From the NCBI RefSeq assembly GCF_009914755.1, contig NC_060929.1: 64,000 bases of DNA; one strand, written 5' to 3'. Both the position numbers and the translations under genes were made by a program. The notes below the pieces were generated by a model, which saw only the letters and a program-made list of their open reading frames with translations, did not search any database and had not been told where the DNA came from. This DNA comes from the human T2T-CHM13v2.0 reference genome, Homo sapiens. Shown here piece by piece: positions 40,403 to 53,156 of the stretch; position 1 is the stretch's first letter, and each line of letters opens with the position of its first letter.

Positions 40403-40946
40403 GTGACAAATCATATTTTCCAAAGATGAGTGCAACAATATCTTTCATCCCACATGGAACATGTACTTATCTCTCTCCCATTATGAGATAAAATCTTGCT
40501 CTTCCACTCCCCTAAATCTGCCGAGCCCTGTGACTGCTTTGATGAAAAGAACAAAGTAGAAATTATATAGTGCCAATTCTGAGTATAGCCACCCTAGTTC
40601 TTCTACTTCCTGCCTCTTAGAATGCCTGCTTGGGGGAAACCAGCCACCATGTTCGAAGTGTGACTACCCTGAGCCCTCTATGCTGTGAGAGCCCCAGATG
40701 AGTTTGCAGCTGACAGCCAGCATCAGTGCTGGCCATGTGAGTGAGCCATCTTGAACTTCAAGCCCAGAGAAACCTTATGTTGTCTCCAGACCCAGCTACC
40801 ATGTGTCTAGAACCACATTGGATACCGTGAGTGAGAACCAACCAACTCAACTAAGTTAGCTTACCATATCATAAGAGAAAATAATACATTGTTTTGAGCC
40901 CTAAGTTTTGGGGTAATTTGTTACAGAGCAGTAGATAAACAGAATA
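40403..40946 (+). mobile_element. MLT1 (H-like) LTR nested in the ERV
   Basis: tgtgacaaatcatattttccaaagatg...ctaagttttggggtaatttgttacagagcagtagataaacagaata. Confidence 0.8.
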
Positions 40947-41389
40947 GCTTATAAAGCCATTAACAAAAGCCAGCCAAGTCCCGATTCCTGTAATTATCAC
41001 TGTGCCACACTGCTTAATTGGCATAGGTGCCACCTTCCACCTGCTTCTCCTTCCAGTACTCTCCGGTGCAATGCTTCTTTGTGCCATCCCACTTATGACC
41101 AGAAATGGGCTCCTTCTTCCTGTCATACTGGTGAATGGTCCATCTTGAGCATTTGACCCTGAGCATCTGATTTCTAGAACCACTTCTAATGCCCACTAGC
41201 CATCTGATACCAACTGTCTTAGCCTGGATTTCTCAAGAAAATGAAGCCCGAGAGAAGGCTTTACATGCCAAGGCCAAGGTTTTTAGTTTTATTTTTTCCT
41301 GGAGTTGAAGCTCATCAAACTCTATATTTATAATAGGTGCATTTTTTATATGTAAATTATACCTTAATAAAACTGATCTTAAAATAACT

Positions 41390-42700
41390 GTTTTAGAGTC
41401 AAGACTTCCCTGAGTGCAAATCCCAACTTTGTCACTTATTAGTTGTGTGATCTTGGGTAAGCCATTTAACTTCTACAAGCTACTTCTCTGTGATATGGAT
41501 AATAATAGTACTTATCATATATGGTGCTTGTTAAAAATGGAGACAGTAAATAAATATAAAGTGCTTAGCCCAGGTCTGGAGCACAGTTAGCACTCAATTA
41601 ACGTTATCTGTTATTATGACCATTACTGCTATTAATAGTACTTTAATATGTAATCAAAGTGAATTAACAGTAATGTATACAGCTTTCATTCTATCATGTG
41701 ACTGTGATCAGACTCAAGAGATCTGTTTATTGTCTTCATCAAGTCTGAAATTGAAGAGTCCTTCCTGGACTGGAGGAGATGGAAAACTGAAATGTCACTT
41801 TCTTATGTGGCTCTTGATACTAATTAATAGCAGCATGAATGCGTAGAGAGAGCACAGATTTGGAAACAGATAACCGCAGGTCCCAATCTCTGACCCTTAT
41901 TGACTGTGTGATCTTAAGCAAGTTGCTTAACCTTTCAGAATCTTTGTTCTTTTAAATGAAATAGGAGAATAGAGTACCTAACTGATAGGATTGTTGTGAG
42001 GGCTTAATGAGAGAATGTATGTATGGTAGCCATTTTCCAAAGAAAGCAGCTATTCTCCAATAATGGCTCCCCAGTAAGCTTTACCTCCTGGTATTCACAC
42101 CCAAGACACAAATATGCTGCCACATACCCACACGGAGAAGTCATTCCCAAAATTTTAAGTAACCCATAACACATTTTAGCCCAGGAGGAAGTAATCTCCT
42201 CCTACATTGAAATGATACTGCCTTTTGTAGCTAGGTCTTAAGAAGCATTGAAGTTCTCTGCCTTGGTTTCCAGGAACTTGGTAAAGAATCCCAAAGTAAG
42301 CAATTGAAGAGGGCATGTGGAGACACAGCGAGGACAGCCAGACCCAAACTGTTCAACCTACCCCAGCTCAGATATCACATACATGAGTGAAGGACTTGCT
42401 CTAGAAGAAACCACATGGAGAAGAATGGAGGGCCCAGACAGTGGCCTTTTGTTTTGTGTGGGGAATACCCATCCTCAGCTATTTGAGCCACCCCAGCTGA
42501 AGCCACAGACTTTGTGGGACAGAGAAAAACAGTCCCTACTTGTGCCCTGACTAAATTTCAGACTTCCAGAGTCACAAGCATAATACAATAATTGTTGTTT
42601 TACACCCCCATATTTTGGGGTGGTTTGTTACACACCAATAGATACCTGGGATAGTATGTTTTTGAAGCTCTTGGCACATAATAAATTAGTTCCCAGCACA
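41390..42700 (+). mobile_element. Two MIRs (~41390-41620, ~41850-42700), the second split by an MLT1 LTR (~42025-42652)
   Basis: tgtgtgatcttgggtaagccatttaac and tgtgtgatcttaagcaagttgcttaacc MIR cores; MLT1 end ttttggggtggtttgttacacaccaatagatacc. Confidence 0.7.
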
Positions 42701-43689
42701 GAGTATAGCATTTTAAGAATTCCCTTCTAAGTAAGCAGCCAAAGTGTTTCTTTGTATAGAATTTAGAGGTTGCCATGTTTTGTACCAACTGTCTAGGCTT
42801 AGACCAGGGATTGTGTCTGACCCTCAGAAGGTTGGCCTGCATCCTAGGAGATGGCCTGGTTAGGAGCTCTGGGAGAAAGTTATGGGCCAGAGGCTGGGAA
42901 GCAATGCAAACTCTAAGAAGGAGAAGCCATGAGGAGGAAGAGGAGATGACAAGATCACCTTCCAGTTCTCCGTGAACTGGGGAGTCTGGGTGTGATGGGC
43001 GTTGTAATTTGAATGATGTTCTAGTATTCTGTCTTTCTTCCCTGTGAACATCAACAGTACCCATTAACTGGAGCATCCTGAATAAATGGTTCTTGCATCT
43101 GCATCCCCCATCTGTGTATTTTCCATTTTTTGCTGAAGTTATTATTAAAGTTCACTTTAAGCATTACCTTTAAAATTATCTTTAAAGGAGGTTACTCCTA
43201 GGCTAAAATGTATCATCAGTTACTTAAACTTTTGGGAATGGCTTCTCTGTGTTGGTATCTGGCAGCATATTTGCTCTTTCTTGCAATAACTTCAGTGTTC
43301 TGTGGTCTGATCAGCTGCATCTGTATCCTACATTGCTCTGTGTTGATACTCCAATGATTAAAACAAGATTTGAAAATCAGTTGCTTTTGTTGAGAAGAGT
43401 ACCTTCAGATTAGGTCTAAGCTAAAACGGCTCCCATAGGGCGGAAGCTTAGGTACACCCTGAGACTTCCTGAGTTATAATCTTTAAATATCCTCTGCAGC
43501 AGTCTTAAGTTTCACTGTTTGATCTTTTCCCAATATTTTAGTTACACTTTGAAATGGCAGCAAGTCTAATGTAATAAAAGAACAAAAGTATTTTCAAAAT
43601 GTTTCTAAGAGTGATGCCTTAGGACAAAAAATAAGATGAGTTGAGCAGGGATGAGAGTTTTATCTGGCACGTAGGGAAAGACTGGTCAA

Positions 43690-43960
43690 CATGGATTAGC
43701 TGGGAGAGACTCGGCTTTACATCAGTGAAAAAGACTTGAAGGTGTTGGTTGACCACAAACTTAATATACACTCAAAGTGTGGCACTTTTTCCAAAGGATT
43801 TAATCAAGTTCGTACTAAATTCATTTTAAACAATGCCCAGGTGAAGGAAGGTCATTGTTATAACTAGACACTGCACTGATCTGACTACATTGAGTAAGTA
43901 TGTCAGTGCATTCAGCAGTTATTCAGGGAGCCATGACAAGCCAGATATCCAGGACACTGA
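43690..43960 (+). mobile_element. L3/CR1 fragment
   Basis: gtgaaaaagacttgaaggtgttggttgaccacaaacttaatat...cactgcactgatctgactacattgagt typical of CR1 RT 3' region. Confidence 0.6.
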
Positions 43961-44019
43961 AATGTCTTCAAATGAAGACTTAGATCAGGGATATTTCATT
44001 TCTTCTACACATATAGCTA

Positions 44020-44700
44020 TTCTTTCAACAAAAATTTACTGATCATCCCTATGTGCCAGAACGGTGCTAGGGAAACAAATATGTAGAGCCAGTTTCTGTT
44101 TCAAGGTACTCACAGTCCAGTAGGACTGACATGCAAGTAAGTAGACAATTACCATTCAATAATGGAATTCAACATCCTAATTTGCATACACACAGATAGC
44201 CTAGGAACTAGAAGAGGGAGTACCCAGCTCTTCTTTTAGGAAGACATTTTTTCTAGAGGTAATGCTTATAGTGGCATTTAAATGATTTTAAAAGTTAATG
44301 ATTTATTATGTGCATATAATGAATAAAGGCAATATAGAAATAGGGAAGAGTCTAGGCAAAAGCTCAGAGCAATGAGAGAGTGGAGCATATTTAGTAAAGA
44401 GCAAATGGTTTTATAAGGCTGGGGTATAGGAGGCAAAGGGGAAAGGGGAGAATGATGAGGCTAGGAAGATAAAGGCAAGCTCATGAAAGGAACTTTATGG
44501 GCTCCAAGGAAATTTGAATTTTATCCTGTAAGAAATGGGAATTCACTAAAGGAGCACTTTGGTAGAAGTATGGAGGTTTGATAAGCCTAAGGACAAGGAG
44601 ACCAGGTTGGACGCTGTTGCAATAGTACACATGAGAAATAATGAGAGTCTGAAGCAGTAGTCATAGGGAAAGAGGGATAGAATGAATGGCCAGGACAAAG
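44020..44700 (-). mobile_element. L2 fragment
   Basis: ttcaacaaaaatttactgatcatccctatgtgccagaacggtgctaggg start. Confidence 0.7.
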
Positions 44701-45019
44701 AAAAAACTCAGTGATGTGCTCATTAGCCCTTCCAGGCCACAATCTCTAACATTTTATACAGCCCACTGATACTTCATCTCTCCCTTCCATTGGCTCTTCT
44801 CACCGTCAACACACCCTAGATTTTACTAGTGTATCTTGTTTATTGTTCATCTTCCCCTCTAGAGTGTAAGTAAACTCCATGAGAGGCAGGGATTTCTGTA
44901 TGTTTGGTTCACTGCTATATCACCAGTACATGACACATAAGTACAAAAGTATGCTTTCATTGATAGAGGAGGTAGACTCATCTTGTATTATTCCAAAGGA
45001 TAAAATTCACCTAACAAGA

Positions 45020-47960
45020 TATTTAATAATACAAAGCTGAATGTTTTTCCTTTAAGATCAGGAACAAGACAAGGAAACCACTTCTATTCAACATTGTAAT
45101 AGAGTTCTAGCCAGTGCAATAAAACAAGAAAAATAAATAAAAGTATTCAAAGTTGAAAGGAAAAAGTAAATGGTCTTTATCTGCAAATTATCTATGTAGA
45201 AAATCCTATGGAATATATAATACAGTGATTAGAACTAATAAATGAGCTTGGCAATGTTGCAGATAGAAGATCAATCTAAATACTCAATTGTATTTCTGTG
45301 TACCAACAACAAAGTATTGGAGATTAAAATTTAAAACATAGTACTCTTTACAATGACTTCAGAAATGTGAAATACTTAGGAACAAATTTGACAAGATTAC
45401 AAAATGTTGCTGAGATAAAATTTAAAGAGCTAAATAAATGGAGGGATATACTGTGTTTATGGGCTGAAAAACTAAATACTATTTCGATGTCAATTGTCCT
45501 CCAAAGTGGGTTTCTTATAGGCAGCATATCTATTTATTCACTCTGCCAATATCTGTCTATTCATTTTGGTATTTAGATCATTTAATGTGATTTATTGATA
45601 TGGTTAGATTTAAATCTATCTTCTTGTTATTTGTTTTCCATTTTCTCCATCTATTATTTGTTCTCTATTTCCTCTGCCTTCTTTTAGATTGCATGTTTTT
45701 TATGATTTCATTTTATCTCTTTTGTTGTCTTCTTAGCTAAAGCTCTTTGTTTTGCTATACAGCACTTTACACATAGCTTAAAAACCTTATAACAAACTAC
45801 ATCCATTATCCTCACATTATGTACACAGGAACAACAACAACAACAAAAACCAAAATGGCAGCAGATCCATAATCCTTCCCGGTTTTGTGCTATTTTTGTC
45901 ATAGATTTTTCTTTATATATATTATAAACGTTATCATTTTTGTTTAAATAGTCAATTACCTTTTGGAGATAATAATAATAAAGCTTACAAATTTGCCTAT
46001 GCTATGACCATTTCCATGCTCTTCATTTCTTCATGTAGTTCAGATTTCCAATTTGTGTCATCTTCCTTCTGACTAAAGGACTTTCTTTAACATATTTTGT
46101 AGAATAGATCTACTGGTGACAAATTCTTTCTTCTTTTGTATGTCTGAAAATTCTTTATTTTGCCTTCATTTTTGAAAGACCTATTCACTGGTATAGACTT
46201 CAACATTAACAGTTTTTTCATGTTTAAAGGTGTTGCTCCACCTTTAAACAATGCTCTCACTTGCATTGTTTCTGATGAGGAACTTCTCCTGTTTTTTTTT
46301 TTTCTCTATACATAATGTGTCTTTTTTCTATGACTGCTTTGAAGATTTTCTCTTCACATTGGTTTTGATTTTGAACAATTTGTTTCCATTGTTCCTTGAT
46401 TACCTTTCTTTCTTTCCTTTCCTTTTTTTTTTTTTTTTTTTTTTTGCTTTTGTTGCTCATTGCCCAGGCTGGAGTACAATGGCACGATCTTGACTCACCT
46501 CCACCTCTACCTCCTGGCTTCAAGCGATTCTCCTGTCTCAGCCCCCCAGATAGCTGGGATTACAGGCATGCACCACCATGCCTGGCTAATTTTGTATTTC
46601 TAGTAGAGACGGGGTTTCTCCATGTTGGTCAGTTTGGTCTCGAACTCCTGAGCTCAGGTGATCCACCTGCCTCAGCCTCCCAAAGTGCTGGGATTACAGG
46701 CGTGAGCCACTGTGCCCAGCTGATTACCTTTTCTTTATGGTTCCTGTGCTTGGGCTCTTGTTCTCTTTCCATTCCCCCACCTACTCTCCTTCTAGACACA
46801 AATTACACTATTGATCCACTTGAATTTGTTCCATGAGCCAGTGAGCCTCTGTTCTTTTGTTTTTATTCTTTTTCCTCTCTGTGGTTTGAGAATAGTGTCT
46901 ACGGCTATGTCTTAAAGTTTCTTAAAATTTTTTCTGCAGTGTTCAATCTACCACTGATTTCATCAGTGAAAATTATATCTTAGAAATTGTAGTTTTCATT
47001 CCTAGACGTTCAATGTAAATATCTTCTAAGTTCAATTAAAATATCTTCTATGTCTGTTCTTCACTAGTTGATCACATGTAATACAGTTATAAGAATTGTC
47101 TGAATGTCCTTGTCTGTTGATTCTAACATCTGTGTCAGCTCTGGGTTGGTTTTGATTGGTTGCTATTTCTCCTTATTATTGGTCGTATTTTCCTACCTTC
47201 TTGCATACCTGGTAATTTTTTTTACTGAGTACCATACTTTGTGAATTTTACTTTGTTGGGTACTGGCTACTGTTGTATTCCTACAAATATTCTTGAGCTT
47301 TGTTCAGCAATGCAGTTAATTTGCCTATAAACAGTTTACTACTTTTGGGTCTTCTTTTTAAGATTTGTTAGGTGAAACCGAGAGCTGCTTTCAGTCTACT
47401 GTGAATTATTTTTCATTACTGAGAAAACAGCCTTCTGACTAGTATATCCAATGCCCCACAAATTATGAGGTTTCTCAGTCTGGCTGGTAGAAACAGGCAT
47501 GGTCCTGTTCCCTCTAATTTGTGGAGGTAGGACTTTCCTCGCTGGAAAGTTTCCTCACATGCATTTGTTGATCAGTACTCTGCAGAATATTCAAGAGGGA
47601 GCCTTGGTAGATCACTGGCGTTCTTTCTCTGTACAGCTCTCTCCTCTTCAGTACTCTATCCCAAAAACTCTGGCTGTCTTGGTCTCCAGGAATCTCATTT
47701 CCATCTTTTCTCAGGGAGTTCACTGGACTCCTGTGTCTGGATTCCCTGCAAGAGGGCTGGAAAGTTCTCCCACGGCAGTAAGTTTTTTGGAAAGCTTATT
47801 TTGTAGAGGCAATTGTTTGTTTCCTATCACTTGAGAATCACTGTTTTTTTGTTTCCTGACATCCAGTGTCTTGAAAAGTGTTGCTCATTATTTTGGTTGT
47901 TCCAGGAAGGAAGGCAAGACTGGTCCCTATTATTCCATGTTAGCCACCAGCGGAAGTATC
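45020..47960. mobile_element. Old L1 pieces: sense ORF2 (~45020-45505) abutting antisense ORF1/5' region (~45505-47960)
   Basis: ORF 45367.. KYLGTNLT...LNKWRDI is L1 ORF2-like; downstream T-rich antisense L1M text. Confidence 0.7.
46408..46720 (-). mobile_element. AluSp-like element
   Basis: ggggtttctccatgttggtcag; TSD tgattaccttt (46397-46407 / 46721-46731). Confidence 0.93.
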
Positions 47961-49474
47961 TCTACCTTTAAGAAATCCAACACTACAGCCGACCTTTCAT
48001 TTGTAGAACATGTCTTAGGTATCCTGCCATGTGCAAAGATTTTGTGTGCAGAAACCAAGCTGAATTTATCTTAGTAACTCCAGATAACTGACACAGGCCT
48101 TTGCAAATCGGTGGTAAATTGAATTGCTATAGGACAAGCAGGTGAAATTTTCACAAAGGGATATTTTTTGCCTTATGCGAGAAAGAAATATCTGATAGTT
48201 TAGTAATGAAAACTTTGAAAAGATATAGTGATCTTTCCATTATGAGAAGCATTCAAGCAGAGTGCAGATACTATTTGCCAGGAATCAGCATTTCTGCATT
48301 GTCTAGAGAAAGCCTCAGTTTGGTGCCGATTTTTCCTTAATGTCTCTCAATCTTATTCTTTGCCAAATGTGAGCTATTATAAAAAGAATTAGTAAGTCCT
48401 CTCTAGATTAATTATTACTTAATTATGAATGACTCTGTCTAGATTAATTATAAAAAGAATATTCCCCTCAAAACTTTTCTACAACTATAGTCGCTACATC
48501 AGGTAATCTCAGGTAACAAGGAAGCCTAGACACTGTTATCCCCAGTTGGCTGATTGGGAAACAGAAATGCATGGTGGTTTAGAGGACTTGTTTTAAGTCA
48601 CACAGTCAACTACAGAACGAAGTCAAGAACACGGTCAGGTCCCTAGATGCATGACAACATCCTTTCCCTTTGGCTATGCTGCCTCATGATACCATAGGAG
48701 GTTTAAAAAGTTCAATTATTCTTTTTTTTCCTTTTAACATGGGTTTTAGAAAGGAGGCAGGAACAAACATAGTGGAGCAAGTGTAGAATGCAGATAACAT
48801 GGCATGCGTTTCTACCATGGAAAGTAGGACTGAAATTGGAGTTGTTCTGTAGCAGAGGTTAAACAATAAGAAAATGGAGTAGGGATCCCCAAGGCCCTGC
48901 TGATCTGAAGAATCCAGGTAAGCATTGAATTAAATCAGATAAGCAAAGGTTCAGGTGAGCCAGACAGTTTTCAAAGTAAATAAAACACATCCAGTAATAC
49001 AACCTTATTTCAGATAACAGAGTTTCTGCATAAAGGAGTTTCAGATAATCAGGGCTTTACAGTATAAACAAACAAGAAGAACACTGGACATGAGAGGAAC
49101 TAATTGAGGAGATTCAAGTAATGAGGAAGCCTAGTATCTATAACTGCATTCTGTGTGGCTTCAAATTATTAAATTTCAAAAATTCAGCCAGGTAGGATGG
49201 TGAACAGGATAGAAAATGTAGGGTAATTAAATCATCTAGCCCACATCATTAAGTAACAAAATGTGTTGTGATTTATGAATGTGGAGGAAGGCAGGACAGA
49301 ATAAAAGCTACAAAGGATGAGGCTGAAGCATCACGTATGTTACGGAGAAGCAAAAGGCAGGAGGAAAAAAGAGGCAAAAGGCTGAAGGCTCTATCAGGGG
49401 GTAAAAATTAGATTTCAGGCTTCGTTACACTCCCATGGCACAATGGAAATAGCAAGGGGAGCTAAAGGACTTAA

Positions 49475-49635
49475 CCAGGCACAGTGGCTCATACCTGTAA
49501 TCCCAGCACTTTAGGAGGCACAGGTGGAAGGATCGCTTGAGCCCAGGAGTTTGAGGTTACAGTGAGTCATGACTGTACCACTGCACTCTAGCCTGGATGG
49601 CAGAATGAGACCCTGTCTCAAAAAAAAAAAAAAAT
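49475..49635 (+). mobile_element. Monomeric Alu (FRAM-like)
   Basis: Single arm with ggatcgcttgagcccaggagtttgaggttacagtgag...gaccctgtctc and A tail. Confidence 0.85.
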
Positions 49636-51639
49636 TAAAAACAACAACAAAAAAGAATTAAAGGGTGAAACAAGTGTGGATTATTGACTGGGAATATTCA
49701 GACTTGCTTGAGAACAATGGGCTATATAAACCACCACCTCCTCCTTTTTCCTCCTCCTCCTCCTTGTCCCCACCACTCTCTCTTCTATCTCCAAGATCCT
49801 AAGCCTTCTCACCCACAAGCTGTGAACCGCAGGGTTTGAGACCCAGTAGAATAGAGACAGGGCTCTGGAAGTGGGGAGCAAAGGGGATAAAAGGATCCAA
49901 AGGCCATGGAGAAGAAGGAGAAGTAGAGGTGGTCTATCCAAGAAGAGAAAGGGGTGAGTTTTTAGCCAAACCAGAAAGGGGAAGGTAGTGGTTGGGGCAG
50001 AGGCTCTATTTCTGACTTCTGTAATACGGTTATTTCTCCCATGGGCTGAAGGCAGCAGGAACTATGAGATAATTTTTATGAGAAAAGTATTCCCTTTTTT
50101 ATTGCCTTTCCATATTCTGAATAAGTCTAGAGAGAGCCTCAGTTTGGTGCCAATTTTCCTTTAACACCTCTCAACATTTCCTCATCTCCTCCACCCTCTT
50201 TCCTTAACAAAGAGGGAACAGACCTCAATTTAAGAGCCCTGGTCGGCAAAACTGTGGTTAGCTGGAATTCAATTACAATGCTTTGTTTTGTATTTATTTC
50301 TATTGATGGTGAATAATCTGGTTTGAAATGTATAGTAGCTATAGTCTTCTTTAAAATAAAATTTGAAAAAAGAATTTATTACATTGGAATTTAAGCTGAG
50401 TGATTTGAAACTAATTATCAAACTAAAATTCTTCATTGACCTAAATGTCAAGAAAATGACAGGATGATATGGTGGACATAAACCTTAGTCTGGGAATCAA
50501 GGATCTTCCATGAGCTGTGAGTGTGATTTTTGGTCACAGTGATTTCATTTTCACTTTTATTAATGAAAGACATACAGCTGCTAGCCAGAACTTAGCATGA
50601 GACGGCCAAAGTTTGAACATATTAAGTTACTAAAGTTCTAGTCAAAGGCAAAGAAATGATGTTTTAGTGAGTCTGTGCCAATTTAATACACATATAAACT
50701 CACAAATATTGAAAGGTCTCATGAAGACCCCCATCCTACAGGGGCTTTGGGATGCCAACATTTGGACTGGATTATTTCTACGAGACCTTCCAGTTCTACA
50801 ATGCTGTGCCAAATATTCAGTCTGGTGCCAGCAAAAGCAATGATGTGATAGGGAAGAATAATGATAGATATTGTATTAAAATCTAATTTTCCTTATCTCT
50901 ACTTTACCTATCAAATAGGTAGCCGGGAATGAATTTACTTGAAACAGATCAGATGCCAAGCATAACCATTTCCCTTGTCATCTAAATTCTTCTCTCCTAA
51001 GAAAGATTTTTTTCATCAAAAGTTTTACTACACTTTTTTTTGAAGGTCAAAGGAATTGAGGCCTTAAATAGATAAGATGGGCAAGGGGAACAAGCTGGTT
51101 GGCTTTTGTCGGCCCACCTTTGGTCTTGAAGGGAGGGACTGCCCCTCTCTCCACTATGGAGCTTCTCCTAGTTGACCTGCCCAAAGAATTGTCTATCTGT
51201 GGAATCTCCCTGAGAGCATAATTTCTGTGCCTTCTAGGGAAAACAACAGGGGTTAGGAGAGGAACTGGTGAGACTGACAGCCTGGGTTCAAATTTCAACT
51301 CCTGGAGGGAGCCTCCATTTTATTTAAATTTTCACATTTATCTAGCACAATGACTGAGTGAGGTTGGTTCAATTTCAGGGCAGTTGCTGCTCTTTTTCAA
51401 ACTTTTGTGTGAATTAGAAAACACACACCTCCTTCCCCAAACCAAAGCATACACATACTCTGTACCCATGAAGCACAAATAGACACCCTGTCCTCAGGGC
51501 TGATGCCCCCTCAAGCAGAGCAGGGAGAGGATTCAGCACCATCTGCCTCTGCACTTGGTGCTTTTATGAAGGGCTTCACCTACCAACCCTATGCAGTGAC
51601 CCTGACAGTCATCACTATTTCCTAACCAGGGAAGGTTAA

Positions 51640-52770
51640 ATATTTGTGTTTCAAATAGATCATCCGGGCTATTTTGTACAAAATAGATTGGGAGAGGATG
51701 AGGCTGGTTTCAGCAAGTTGTTAAAAGCCTATGGCAGCTGTCCAGTTGGGAAATGATGGGCATTCAGGTGAAATGGGTGGCAGCAGGGATGGTGAGAAAT
51801 GAATACATTCCAGGGATGTTAAGGAGACAGGGTTGAGATGTCTGAGGCTGCTGTGAGGATCCAAGAGATGATGATGATGACAGTGCTGATATTAACAATA
51901 CTATTGACTGAGGGTTTGTGTGTACCAGTTATTTATATAAGTTATTTGAACCAAAGAAAAAAAAATTGACCACATCTCATGCCTGCATAGTTGCTGTAAG
52001 GATCAGAGATCACATAAAGTGCCCAGCCCATAGCAGATCCTTCATCATTGGTAAAAACTGGCCTTTGAAACTCCTGTGTTAGTTAAGAAGCCCTAGTTTG
52101 TGGACATGGGTGGATGTTGTCGGCAGTGGAACATAATCAAGACAGAGGCTCCATCACCTTCTGAGCATCAGGTTAGATTCCTCCTGTAACTTTTCAAAGC
52201 TGCAGATATTCAACCCCACCTCCATTCAGTTAGTCCAAGATAGGGGTCTTGGTATCAGTGTTTTAAAAGCTCCCCAGATAGCCAGTGTTGAGAAGCACTG
52301 AAGTTAAAAGAAGTCTTTGGAATCAGACAAATCAGGGTGACATCCCAGCCCTGCCCTTCACAGTAGTTTTCCTTGACTAAGCCTCAGATTTCCTATTTGA
52401 AGAAGGAGGATCAAAATTCCCCCCACTCCAGGTTGTGGGAGGATTAAATGAGGTGTTATGTGCACTCCATAGGACCTCTGGGACATCTCTTTTTATACCT
52501 AGCTTAGTGTGGTGTCTGGCCCCTAATGTGGGTTCAGTAGACGTTGACTGCCATGACTGTGGGGTCGAGAAGCAAAGGAACTTAGTGAGGGCCGGCTCCA
52601 GGGGTGAGAACACTACACCTGTCTCCTGGTTTATAATCCTGGCCCAAAATGTGCTTGTTTCTTTCACAGATGTGGAAACCCAGGTCCAGTCAGGGAGTAA
52701 ATAATCTCCCCAAGGACACAAAGTGAGAGAGCTGGAATTTGAATCCTAGTCTGTGTCCTTCTGCCATACA
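51640..52770. mobile_element. Cluster of L2, MIR and MER5 remnants
   Basis: MIR cores (gcctcagatttcctatttg; acagatgtggaaacccagg) and MER5 end (ttttaaaagctcccc...ttgagaagcactg). Confidence 0.55.
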
Positions 52771-53156
52771 CCAGGAATCAAATTCAGGCCATAGCTAACT
52801 ATTCTAGAGAAAGACTTGTTACAGAAGTGATGCTACTGGGGAGAAGAGCCCTTGTCTCTTCTGCTTTGAACTGCTGGGCTGAGCCACAGAGTGAAGGGCA
52901 GGGGAACAGCTAGCCGCTGGCCAGGACAGCCCAGAGCCACTCAGACAAGAGCTCAGTGGTGAGGGCTGGGCAAGGAGGGAAGTGTAGGGAGGAGAGGGGG
53001 AAAAGGATCAGAGAGCTGCTGATTTCGGGGTGAGCAGAGAATCACATATTTCATGTCTGGTCAGATTAATAAATGCAATGGTATATGCCTGCCAATACAA
53101 TGACTGGTAGACAGTAAGTATTCAGCAAACATTATTTTACCTTTTTCTTCTTTCAG

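Larger units (their letters stand above)
35472..41280 (-). mobile_element. Decayed class III (ERV-L; LTR16/HERV16-like) provirus: 3' LTR, partial integrase, RNase H, RT, gag region, PBS, truncated 5' LTR
   Basis: Both LTR ends read tgtcttagcct (35472, 41215); minus-strand PBS tggtatcaga 41203-41212; minus-strand remnants IDLVNMFFS (~38656-38682), HYLDG (YxDD site, 38469-38480), AVANGL (~36280-36297), IDTY (35853-35864). Confidence 0.8.

Noticed and set aside
42600-43076. Longest ORF in the track (158 aa, minus strand)
   Set aside because: No recognisable domain, ends in antisense MLT1 sequence; size expected by chance in 64 kb.
46396-46836. 146-aa ORF and other Alu-overlapping ORFs (915, 19636, 19960, 36441 etc.)
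   Set aside because: Typical Alu translation artefacts.
51532-51551. TTCAGCACCA left half of an RE1 site
   Set aside because: No GGACAG right half follows.
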